Shown in pieces: positions 39,258 through 51,700 of a stretch of 64,000 nucleotides of DNA. The position numbers and the translations under genes were made by a program. Source of the DNA: Phoronis australis (taxonomy: Eukaryota > Animalia > Phoronida). The stretch lies in assembly GCA_002633005.1 (NCBI GenBank), contig NMRA01000231.1, positions 24,351-88,350 on the forward strand, given 5' to 3'. The notes under the pieces are model-generated. The model searched no databases. It had not been told where the DNA came from and worked only from the letters and a program-made list of their open reading frames with translations. Positions within the stretch are counted from its first letter, which is position 1, and every line of letters begins with the position of its first letter.

Positions 39258-41883
39258 CTCCAACTGTGCTCAGCCTTCCAAGTCAGGGCTGCATCAGAGG
39301 AGCCTCATCCATGTAGCATTTCTCAATCTAGCAGGAGATGCTTATGTTCAACTTAGCAAATGAAATATCTTTCTCTGAAGTGTGTACTTGATTGGTCACC
39401 GACTCTCCCCAGTGTGTAAATAATGTTTGTAGTCTTGTGTGTTTTCTTTTCCTTCATTGTTAAAGGTGCCATAAGAGTTAAATTTTGTGTGCTTTTGTGT
39501 CAGGTGGTACATCTGACTTTTTTAAAGTTGAAAACATGATTTACTGGCAGAGTGCTTTTAAAGCGGGTTCTCAAATGGACATGTTTCATATTAGACATAT
39601 TTTCATGACGAATTCCAGCAATACAAAATTTAGGTACAAGATTGAATGAAATCATTTTGTGAGATAAGCCAGACCTAGACATTAGTTAATGGGACCGGCC
39701 TTCGTTGGTGTAGTTTATTACTTTATTACCATGTGGGAAATGACTTTTAATGTTAATTAAGTCGTGTGTAATTATTCATGTACATTATTTGCTTGCTGAT
39801 AGATATACTGGTACTAACAGTTTTTCCTCTGATTGAGACATTTGGTGTTGTCGTTTTGCAGTTGTTGCTACTAATTCTTTTTGTTAACTTTGCCAACATC
39901 TCATTCAAGAGGAATTCTCAACAAGTTTCGACTAAGATGATTGCATAAGTAACCATTTGCATTTTTCTACTCTTCACATTCTCTCCTGGATACTATGGAA
40001 GAGTACTTGAACATGATAAAACATTTTTTAAGTTTGATGTCATTTACATGTACATTTTCTGAGATATCCGACTGTCCTAAATTGGTATTCTTTTATGGTA
40101 ACTTTATTCTATTGCCATTTTAATTTCCCTGATAACAGTTTGGTACAATGTAGCTTGATGTGGAAAATTACTTTTCTCATGATTTCAGTGCAGTGCATGT
40201 TTTTCATTACATTTATATTTAGACTCATGCGACGCTGAAAATCCAATGTGATTGATTAATGCAGTTGCCTTAGTGGACAAAGTTTCTATGTAGTTGTTGA
40301 CAGAGTGATTGTATTTTTTGTAAATAATACTGTAGGAAAGTGGTCACCTTTGTTGTTTTATTTTTATTCTATCATAATATTGTGTCCTCCTAGTTGAGGG
40401 GTGGTGTGAAAATCCCTGCTTGGTGTAGCCTAACTTGTGAATACGAATTGGTTTTAATACTAAGGCCAATATTCTGGGTATGTGCTGAGGGTAGCTCCGT
40501 CCACGCTCGACTCTGAGATTGAAAAAAATCATTGCACCTGTACATCCTGCTTGGCGGACAGAAGCGGGATGCTATAGTACTGGGTTCGTGGTAGCTTAGG
40601 TCCCACCGAGAATCCACAATAGGGTCACGGGTTTTACTTATGACCACAGTATATATAATTGACATCCAGTGTAGTTGTGACTGTATCTGCATTCAAACTG
40701 TAACATTCCAAGGTATTTTTTCTACGTTATTTTTGACGTCCCAGTAATTGTTAGTGAGTATCAAAAACATTATGACATCGACATAAAATAAATACAAAAC
40801 ACGCTATGCAAAATTAAAAGGACCAACCGTGCAGACAAGTGGTAGTTATGACTGATAACCGCTACGCAGTTTTTATGCACCACATATATATATGTGGACC
40901 CATTATTTCACCCCTGTCCGTCCGTCTTCCTGCTCTATCTCCAAAGCCCTTTGACTTATGTTCATGAAATTTTGCGTGGATGGTGGGGATCCACCTACCG
41001 CCGGTGTGCCCTTAGTGGCAATTTTAGCTTTTTACGTTTACTTCTGTATCTTAAAAGGTCCTCAACGGATTTTCATTGAATTTGGAATGATATAAGCATC
41101 TATTATTGAGATGACACATCCTCTCGTTTCCGGATCGATTCGGTCGAGGTATTTCACGTCACCTAGTAGGCATTTTTGCTGTTTTCGAGTCTTTTTTGGC
41201 GTTCGCCCCTCTACACACGATCTTGAAAATTGGCGTTTATGTTCTCAGTGTGAAGGGGACGGTTGACGATGCCGACTTCCGACTACTTTGGCAGTTTTGT
41301 TGATTTTTTGCGCCCTAAGCCACAGCACTGAAAAAAGTGAGGAGGATAAAGCCCCTCAGCCTCCCCCCCCGTGGTTAACCTCCTATAGACCATGTGCGGC
41401 ATAGCACTAAAAAAATTGGGGGCTATAGCCCTCAGCCTCCTATGGTGCGCCGCCCATGACATAGTAAGTGCAGACGACGACGATTTTCAGACACTATTCG
41501 ACGAATGTTCTGCCCACTAGTGCCAATTTCATTTTTCCATCGTTTTCCTTTGTTTTTCTGAAGTTCCTTGACAGATTTTTATAAACTTGATTTGGTAAAT
41601 AGTTTTCACGAGTTCCCGTTTTCGGATGGATTCGACGTATTTTGTGCCATATAGTGGCCATTTTTATGATGCAAATAAACAACCGTAGAAGTACCGTTTG
41701 AGTGGGGGGTGCCGGCATTCACGTTGCTCTTGTTGGAAGGTTCGTGTGATACATGTACAAGTACTGTTTATTAGACAACATGGCTGAACTCAAATCACAT
41801 TGACCCAGGGAAGTCAACGAGGTACCTGAAGGTCACTGAGATAATATGTCCATGCAATTCTGTTTAACTTTGAGTAACTCGTG

Positions 41884-42012
41884 CAGGGGCGGCCATCCAG
41901 GATTTTGAGTTAGGGGAGGCCAGGGCTGAGTATTTGCCAGGATTTTGCCCGTCTGACATTTTCACCCTCGAACTGCCTAATGGTTTAATCTGGAAGAATT
42001 TTAAATCCGCTG
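41884..42012 (+). mobile_element. GC-rich MITE family copy (truncated)
   Basis: CAGGGGCGGCCATCCAGGATTTTGAGTTAGGGG...TAAATCCGC, homologous to the 19357 and 44521 copies. Confidence 0.6.
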
Positions 42013-42490
42013 TCGTGCACCCAGCATGTCATCGATTTTAGCTGTCGCACGGTGGTACAGTACTAGAACCCATCATTCACAAATCCAGTTTTGTCTGGCG
42101 ATCCATTTAGCTATGGTGGGGACCCATTAGGTTGTGGTCTCAATTAGGACTTCGTAACCAGTGTGATTTCAATTTTCACGCACTCATTACGAGTATGGCT
42201 CAGTGACGGCGGTTGGCTCAAGTATCATGAATATGCAAAATACCCACGGCGTCAAATTACAGCGTTTCAGTGCGCTATTGGCGTCGCGTTTCCAAAATAA
42301 CGTGCGTACGTCTAACTACGACTCGACCGAACTTCCACCGAGCTTTGCATAACACGGGTCGCTGATTGGGAATTGACAGTATACACCGCTCAGTGTCAAC
42401 ATGTACATAACCATGCCCTCTGAGGCCGATAACGTGCCTGTCAGATTGAATAATGTGCGATAGATTAAATACGTTCGGTGCAATACCAAG

Positions 42491-45400
42491 ATGTCGCATC
42501 TCACTCCAGAAGAGTACAGACGGGTTGTTCCTTCTGAGCCCCTTAACTCTGCTGCGACGACCACGCGCTCATCAGGAAAGGTCGCCATAGTAACGGGAGG
42601 GTCTTGTGGTATTGGACGTTCTATTGTGGAAAGATTGAGGTGAGCTCGATTGTCCAACTGCACTGGTTCATCTTAAACCTTGAACCCCGAGCCTGCCTCA
42701 AAATTTTTCTCGAGATACTCACCATTGACTTTGACCTTATACAGGCCCAATATTTAGATTTCACGAAGTAACTGACGATTCTCACTGAAAAAGCACGCAC
42801 AGCTCACAGCTCAACTAGTGACAAAACTTCTTTTTATAAAACGCGCGGCTTCTTGTGATAGAGCCGTGGTAGAGCCGATCATTTTCAAAATGTACAAGAG
42901 TCGACCTGCATCATTCTTGGTGGTCCTTATCGGCCACTAAAATAAACTGTCATCGATTTCAGTAACGACGGTGCGTCGGTGGCAATTTTTGACATCGATG
43001 AAGAGTTCGGACTCGAACTGTCGTCACACTTAGAATCGGAGGGAAAGAATGTCAAATTTTACAATGTAGACGTTTCCCAACGAGACCAATGTGAACGTAA
43101 TGCAAGATTGGTGGCTAAGGAAAACGGCGAGAAAATCAACTACCTGGTCAACTGCGCAGCCTACTTCGGATCCAAAGGTAATTTTCTTTAAAATGAGATA
43201 CGAGACGATGAGCCGAATGAGAATTTACAGCGACTGTCGACGAGCACTGCTATCCGACTTTAGGTTTAAGAACCACTTATATCACGTAAAGGACACGATA
43301 CGGGTTGACCTGGCTGAAGAATGATTGTCCCCGATCGCCGGACTTATGTTTTTTAATCATTTAGCCCAAGCAATATTTCTCAATGTTGACAGGAAGTTTT
43401 GGGCCGCCTTCTGCTGCTCCTCAAACTTCGTGTCTACTGCATGAGATTGACTTAACTCTATTCAGCCGGGGCAGCTTAAGAGTCAAGGCACACCGACATT
43501 ACATATCCAGTCTTAATGAAATTTACGTTCGAAATAAAAAATAGTAATTCCTACCTAATTAATAAAGACTTCACCAAAAATAACATTCATACGGAAATCT
43601 CCAAAAAAACATTTGATAGTGTCCCCGGCGGTCGGTGATTTTTCGGCAGATTATTGCTGGCTTTACCTTATCCCAAAAGAACGACAACAACACGCAGCAT
43701 GTGTGCAGTTTCCAGGCGGCAACTCTTTAATACTAAGTACCCATGAATTGAACATCCAAAGCACTGGCACAGTGTGCAGACCCTTTCTCAAGAGTTTGTC
43801 CGCCACGTGATTTCGCTAGAATGGAGTTAACTCTCTCATAAAAGCAACTGAACCCTTGGCTGGGGGCAATGAGATGATACCAGGAGTATAGCTCATTGGC
43901 TGAGGGTACTACTAATGTTATTTTTAGCTGTGCCTACTTCTCAAATTTTTGTCTCACTAGTGCGAGGTCAGTTGTGTTGATTTTATGAGGACTCATTCTG
44001 AAAAAACGTAAAAGCTCAATTATGGAGGTATTGATAATTACTTTGTTAGCTGGTATTCTGTCGTGTTAATTGTAGCGCGAGTCTTCCAACTCTTCTCAGT
44101 AAAGTTGATAGGCTTCGAGGCAAATCTACTTGTGGCGCTTCCTTCGTTGTACTCCTGCCGCATGACAATAGCTTACCGGACGTTACCGTTTAAGGTATTC
44201 ATGAAGTCAGTTTGAAAAAGAACAAAAGTTACCAACTTAACATCGTATAATTTCAGGAATAGATGCCACTGATGCAGACTGGAATAAGACGTTGAGTGTA
44301 AACGTTGTAGGATACGCAAATACGGTGCAGGCGTGCCACCCGTACATGAAGAATGGTAAGTGACTCGTCTCCAAGAATGACATCGGAGTCGTGTTTGTAG
44401 TGCGCTAGACGACCACCAGATGACCATACTACGAAAACACATGATAAACGAGACAAAACTGGAGAATTTTGGAAACAAAATTTCTGCTTGCGCAAACAAA
44501 TTTTTAAAGTGGCTACCTTGAGGCGCGGATCCAGGATTTTGAATTGGGGGGCACTAGGGCAGAGTATTAGCTAGGATTTCTCCCGTCAGACATTCGCACC
44601 TCCAAAGTGCCAAATGGAATATGGGTGAATTTTAGGTAGCGTTATGGCCCCCTTGGTCCCCCTCACAAATCCGCCACTGCTTTCCGTCTAAGAAGCGACT
44701 ACTGTTGATTTAAATCACTTACCGGCGGGACAAAATTGGACTCGACTCATTGTTCCTTACTACAGATGTGAAGTGATTCCCAGGCTTGAAAAGAATTTGA
44801 CAGTGCGTACGTTATCCGTAAAGAATATATGCTCCGTAAATATCACGCATGTAACATCAATTGAAACAGAACCTGGTCAGCAAGCCAATAACAAATTCCA
44901 ATTCTTCCNCGGCGTTACCTTATCCCAAAAGAACAACACGCAGCATGTGTGCAGTTTCCAGGCGGTAACTCTTTAATACTAAGTATCCTCCCATGAATTG
45001 AACATCCAAAGCACTGGCACAGTGTGCAGACCCTTTCTCAAGAGTTTGTCCGCCACGTGGTTTCGCTAGAATGGAGTTAACTCTCTCATAAAAGCAATTG
45101 AACCCTAGGGTGGGGGCAATGAGATGATACCAGGAGTATAGCTCATTGGCTACTGGAGAGTACTACTAATGTTATTTTTAGCTGTGCCTACTTCTCAAAT
45201 TTTTGTTTTACTAGTGCGAGGTCAGTTGTGTTGATTTTATGAGTAGGGCTCGTTCTGAAAAAACGTAAAGGCTCAATTATGGAGGTATTGATAATTACTT
45301 TGTTAGCTGGTATTCTGTCGTGTTAATTAGTAGCGCGAGTCTTCCAACTCTTCTCACTTAAGTTGATAGGCTTCGAGGCAAATCTACTAGTGGCGCTTCC

Positions 45401-48400
45401 TTCGTTGTACTCCTGCCGCATGACAATAGCTTACCAGACGTTACCGTTTACGGGTATTCATGAAGTCAGTATGAAAAAGAACAAAATTCACCAACTTAAC
45501 ATCATATAATTTCAGGAATAGATGCCACTGATGCAGACTGGAATAAGACGTTGAGTGTAAACGTTGTAGGATACGCAAATACGGTGCAGGCGTGCCACCC
45601 GTACATGAAGAATGGTAAGTGACTAGTCTCCAAGAATGACATCGGAGTCGTGTTTGTAGTGCGCTAGACGACCACCAGATGACCATACTACGAAAACACA
45701 TGATAAACGAGACAAAACTGGAGAATTTTGGAAACAAAATTCCTGCTTGCGCAAACAAATTTTTAAAGTGGCTACCTTGAGGCGCGGATCCAGGATTTTG
45801 AATTGGGGGGCACTAGGGCAGAGTATTAGCTAGGATTTCTCCCGTCAGACATTCGCACCTCCAAAGTGCCAAATGGAATATGGGTGAATTTTAGGTAGCG
45901 TTATGGCCCCCTTGGTCCCCCTCACAAATCCGCCACTGCTTTCCGTCTAAGAAGCGACTACTGTTGATTTAAATCACTTACCGGCGGGACAAAATTGGAC
46001 TCGACTCATTGTTCCTTACTACAGATGTGAAGTGATTCCCAGGCTTGAAAAGAATTTGACAGTGCGTACGTTATCCGTAAAGAATATATGCTCCGTAAAT
46101 ATCACGCATGTAACATCAATTGAAACAGAACCTGGTCAGCAAGCCAATAACAAATTCCAATTCTTCCAAAGCCCTGAAATCCCCTCTCGTCTGAGGAACA
46201 ATTTGAGAACAATAGCCTCCGGCCCACATACAGTGTACATACTCTACATCACCATCGCCTCTTCTGCTACAAACTACTAGCAATTCCCTTAAATTTGATT
46301 TCATAAAGGTAAATGATCTAAACCGAAAGTTTTTGTGCTGGCCGCGAGCTGAAGGACGGGTTTATTAAAAGGCGTAGATTTTGTGAAATACGTGCTATGA
46401 TTTTTAGGGTTTAAGCCAGCTTTCGTACCTGTTGACTCAGAATTGCCCCACTACATCAGTAGAAGCAATCTTATTTAAATCTCTATCCTATCAAGAAATT
46501 ATTGTTTGCTGTTTCACCGATTGCTGGAAATAACAATTTTTGGTCTCACCCACAATTCCCCGAGTTAAATGCATTGCACGACCTTGTAACATACAAAGAT
46601 TAAACCTTGGAGAGAAACAAAATACGCTCACCGCCCGGAAGATGCCCCAGTTGAGCTGTGCTATTGACTTTGTGCAAAAATGAAAGTTCATTGAAGTCTT
46701 TTGTGCCACCCACGCACCTGCGTGAACGTGTCACATTTATCAGGTCAAAGGTCACAGCGTGTTTTGCCTCGTTGACAGGACGTCTCTGATTTTAAGGTTA
46801 TACAGGATCTTAGAAAAATACCCAAATTAAGCTACCTTCGGCACATCGAATCTCAGAAATGACTGATGGAGTTCATAAAATGGAAATTTTCAGACACCAT
46901 GGTTTAAGCACTATTCTCCAAAACCCCGCAGGAATTGCTTTTTCAAAATCATCGTTTTTGCTTGTGGGGATATCAAAAAGGAGTTTCGTGATTTTTTCGA
47001 AGAATGTCAAAAAGTTCCATAAAACCAAAGAGAAATGTTTATTTAGAAAACTGTAACAATTTTGAGGTCTCGTCTTGAACACTTCTACCTAACGAAATTG
47101 TTAATCGTTGTTCCTTTTTTCTTTTGCTTAATTTTACTCAAGACTTGCCCAGCGACCCAATCAATGACAACCTTTCAAAAAGACAAATATCAAATTCGGT
47201 AGGTTTTCTGCTTTCAGAAAACACCCTAACCTGTAGTTTTTAAGATACTTAATCCAAACCCACGTTTGTCCATAAGGTACTACACTGGCCTTAATGACAG
47301 TGTAAATAAGACTTTAGACGTGACAGCCCTAGTTGAAGATACTGCCTGGAATATTGATATTTCAGGAGGCGACTGCAATGCCATTGTTCACATCAGCAGC
47401 ATATCAGCCCACGTTGCCCAGCCCAAAAGATGGACCTATTCTGCTGCAAAAGGCGCAGTAAATATAATGACCAAATGTATGGCTATGGACTTAGCTAAGG
47501 ACGGCATAAGGGTGAACTCTGTCAGTCCAGGCTACGTGTGGACAAGAGAGGTAAGAAGCCAACCCATTGCCTAGCAACAGTTGCCACCTGCCAGAACAAA
47601 AAAGAAGATCTTCCTATTTCACAATTACATGATAACCAATCAGATCCTTTCAGACTTCTCTCAGACTGACATTGATGAGTATAAAACAGTGATAATCAAT
47701 TGTCATGCGCAAATTAGTCAAACTCTGATGCAACACTTTTGACACATCTCCATAAGAAAGTAGACCATGTCACAGGAAAAAATATTCTCGCGCTTTTTGT
47801 CAAAAACAACTTTTAATTTAGGCTACTTACGGTAGTTACTGTTCTAAAATCACACTTCTGGTGTTGTTCTGGGATTAAAACTGACTCCTGGCCTTGAAAT
47901 GCAGTATGGTTGTCAGGGAATTCAAGGCGATTTATCAAAACCTTTTCCAATTCAAACATGCATATAGAAAAAGAACACCATGACGTTGCTTGGAAGGCCA
48001 AAAACATTGTCGGCTCCTCAGCAGAAAATGCATTTTGGGTAACGTAATCTAGAAGTGAATGCTCAGAAAATTCTTCTTGACAATGGAAATAAAAAAGTTC
48101 TCGCACAGTAAAATAAAACCGCTGGACACCACAACAGGGCAGACACGTGAAATCTTATGTAAGACTAGTATGTGCAGCACAAAATAAAAGATTTGTCAAT
48201 TTTACGTTCTACCCCATAGCCAACTTCAATTGTTTCAAGAAAGTATGGACATTCATAAAACTGTGCCGTTGAAAAATAAAAAATAGCAAATCTTTTTGAC
48301 CAAAATTACTCAGATTTTGCAGTTAAATTCTGAGACCAGATTTACCGGGTGAAGTTCTTGTTTTTTTGAACAACAGTAAAAAAGAATGACATGCAGTTGA

Positions 48401-48680
48401 AAAGAACAGCGTATGAGTCCCTACTTGGCAGTCCATCTACTCTGTGTTACAGCAATGGAAAGTCTGTCAAGGTGATCGGACGTCATTCGAAGCAAAGTGC
48501 TCTGGTTTCCAAATGAACAAAAAGTTTGTAGAAACGGAAGGTGTTGCTGCAGCAGTTGCTTTCCTGTGCAGTGACGACGCTAAGTACATCAACGGCTCCG
48601 ACCTGCCTGTAGATTCCGGATACCAAGCCATGGGACCAGATGCACAAGGGGACGAGCTGTTTGCAGGGTGCGACTACTAA
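42491..48680 (+). CDS. Classical short-chain dehydrogenase/reductase (SDR), ~291 aa
   Basis: Exons 42491-42639, 42963-43177, 44257-44355 (or identical copy 45516-45614), 47366-47550, 48453-48680; 876 nt in frame. Motifs GKVAIVTGGSCGIG, LVNCAA, SSIS, catalytic YSAAK, IRVNSVSPG and YINGSDLPVDSGY. Confidence 0.9.
43658..46167. repeat. ~1.25-kb direct duplication (43658-44908 / 44910-46167) joined by a single N; contains SDR exon 3 and a MITE
   Basis: Near-identical copies with scattered SNPs and indels in the 5' half; N at 44909. Confidence 0.9.
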
Positions 48681-48791
48681 TTGGTCGGCAATTTGACTTC
48701 CTCAGCACCTCCTTTGAACAGAGGTTCAATACATCCAAAAATGACATAGGGTTACTTATAATCTAAGGAATTCTTGAAACACAACAGCACC

Positions 48792-51700
48792 TTAACACCT
48801 TTCGTTCATGTTAGAATGGATGTGAGATCGTTTGGGATTCGCTGACTGTGATGCGTGTCTTCTCAAGAACTGCTGCCTAGAAAATAAAAGAAACATAGTG
48901 TAAAAATATCATGATTTTTAAGATTTTTATTGAACGGTAGATTCATATCTATACAAAGAGGAAGAAGACCATTTGTGTGACCACAGTCACATGATAATGC
49001 ACTACAATATATGGTCGACACACGTGAAGGTGAAGCAGCAACTTTGAGTTCTGAATTTTGAGACAGTCCCCTGTGTCTACAGGTGAAGCTTTGAGACACT
49101 ACCCTGTGTCCACATGTGAAGCTTTGACAAACTTCCGGGTATCCACAAGTGAAGCTGTGATGCATGGGTCTATGTGCAAAACACTTAAGCATAAATAATT
49201 AAAGAATTACCAGCATGCATCAATCAGGCAAATGGTCTTAAACTGAGAACATGACTTTTTACGGACTTTGAAGCTGTTGTTGAATTGCTATCTCTTGGGT
49301 TGATCTAAATCCAAAAAATGAAAACTAATTGCGTCAAGAGTCTCTTTATGAAACAAAAAATCCAGCAATTCATCACAACTTTGTCGTCACTCTTGCTCAC
49401 AAACTTATCAATATCCCAGGTTAATAAAAGTCTTTAATATATACCTGTAGTTAGTATAATATGTAAGTGTAAATGCATGCACGTGCATATGTACAAAATT
49501 ATGCATACTGTTACCTACGTAACCACTGCCTGTATTGATGAATCATACTATGGTGAAGTTAACTTAACATAAATCACTAAATATATATATATATTACATG
49601 TTTTGTTCTTATTTACTACTTCCACTGATTGACAGGCATGTGTAAGTTGAATCAGAGGCTTCGTCAAAATCCTCGGCAATATGCTATAGAATCAAAAATG
49701 ACATGACTGGACACAAGCAGCTCTTACAATTTCAATTCAATTGCAATCTGTGGATCCAATGTTTTTTCTTGCACAATTCAAATTGTTGGGAAGGCAGTTC
49801 ACACTGTTTTCCATGAGATAAATAAGGCCAAAAGGAGGCGACTTTCGACACTTTAAAGTTAAACTGCCAATAGTTGTAATTTTTGATAGGCATCATACAT
49901 GAACATATTTTCATCAGTTTCAAGTCGCCTCAAATGGCGAAAACAACATCAAGTCACATTCTTTAGCGAGATTCTAAGTCTGTGGATGGTGCTGCACCAA
50001 ATAACAACGGAGATTTACAAGATGACAAAAAATCCAACACCAGGTGGCACAATGTGTTTTCACAAAAAAGTTTCCAAATGTTGAATTCATCCAAAAGATG
50101 GTTTTGCATTCAGTGCAATGTTAACATCCAAGCAATGTACCTATTACAACTTCATTTACTGACCAACACTCATTTTACTGTGAAAATTACTGTTAATGCC
50201 ATATAACAGCAGGGAATTACAAGACAAAACGACACGATAACATCCAATACCAGGTGGCATTATGTGTTGCGTAGTATGTCTAACCTTGGGTAAAAAGATT
50301 CATCATCAGAAAAGTTATAAGTAATTTTGTTCTACTGGTATTTTGTGGCAGTTGCCTGAAATTTGCTAAAAGTGGAGTTATCACCAATCAAAGTTTATCC
50401 TCAAAATGAAAGAGGAACAATTTTACAGAAACTGCTATTTTTTTAAACTAAAAATATTTCAGTTAATAATCATTCCACCTAAGTGTTCAAACAACCTTTA
50501 TGTCAAAAACATGTTATATGTGATGCTTCCACTTTTGTATTTTACATATCGACACACCATCAAACAGTTTAAGTGTAAGTTTAAGCTTACTTCGAACTTT
50601 CCCGTCTTCCCCGATTCCAAACACCTCCAAAAGATGGCAGCCAGATAGTTGAAGGTCCAGTGGCTGACAACTCTAGTTCGTTGCTTCCTCCAACACGATC
50701 TGGAGGCAACTTTCTTTTGCGTTCTTGCTTTTCTGTAAAAACGATCAGTAAACGTCCAACATATGATGGCACCACGAATCTTTTTACTCATTCATTAATG
50801 ACCTACCCTTAAAATTTGTGGTGGAAATCCGATTTTTTTATTTGATTAATAAGAGACTGATTCCAATTCTATGCTCAATTCCAAATCAGTTTTCAGTGAT
50901 GGTGTCACTGAGTACTGGCAAAGTTGTTAGTTTTACAGGCATGAAACCAGGACCAAAAAACGAGATTTGGTATCTCTAGATAACAACAAATAACACTGAC
51001 TTATGTTGTCAGACGAAGATTTGTGTGCACCTGACATAACTTCGCAACGTTGGTGTCACTGTTAAATTGCAATAAACTAAGATGGAAACCTTCATGCAAT
51101 CGGGGAGAAATCACCTGAATTATACAAATTTTCAAATTACTTTATGACCTCACAGAATAATCAATTTTATTGCCTTAGAATGATTTCACCGATGTTTATC
51201 TTAAGTGACAATGTCCAACCCTTCCAACCCTGCTAACATGTATCTAAATCTGTGACATCAACTTTTGCTGAGTGCTTATTATTCCAAAGCCACCAAGATC
51301 TTAAGTTTACTTATAGCATTCTAACTATGAATATCCATTGTGAATGAATGAAATCAATGGAGTCAGCCAAATTGAAGCTCAATGCCCAATTTGTTGCATA
51401 ATGAATTTTGAATTTTAGCTCCACACCAGAACATCAAAATAAAATTTTATGAATCTTACACAAACATGCCTGTTTATAAACCAAGTTAAATTTGTGAAAA
51501 CTAGTTTCAAGGAGAGATCTCTTAATGCTAGTCTCTATGTCACTTACTGTGGTCTACAAAGTCCTCCAATGTTGGTCCAATCACACTGGTGGAAGCCTCT
51601 GACCCCGGGTCATGACCCTGTGACTCTGCTGGAATCTGTGACCCAACATGACCTTGTAGCCATGGTGGAACACCTCCAGAATGAACGTTTCCCATTGGAT

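Noticed and set aside
44173-45758. Twin 105-108 aa minus-strand ORFs
   Set aside because: Antisense shadows of the duplicated SDR exon 3 region.
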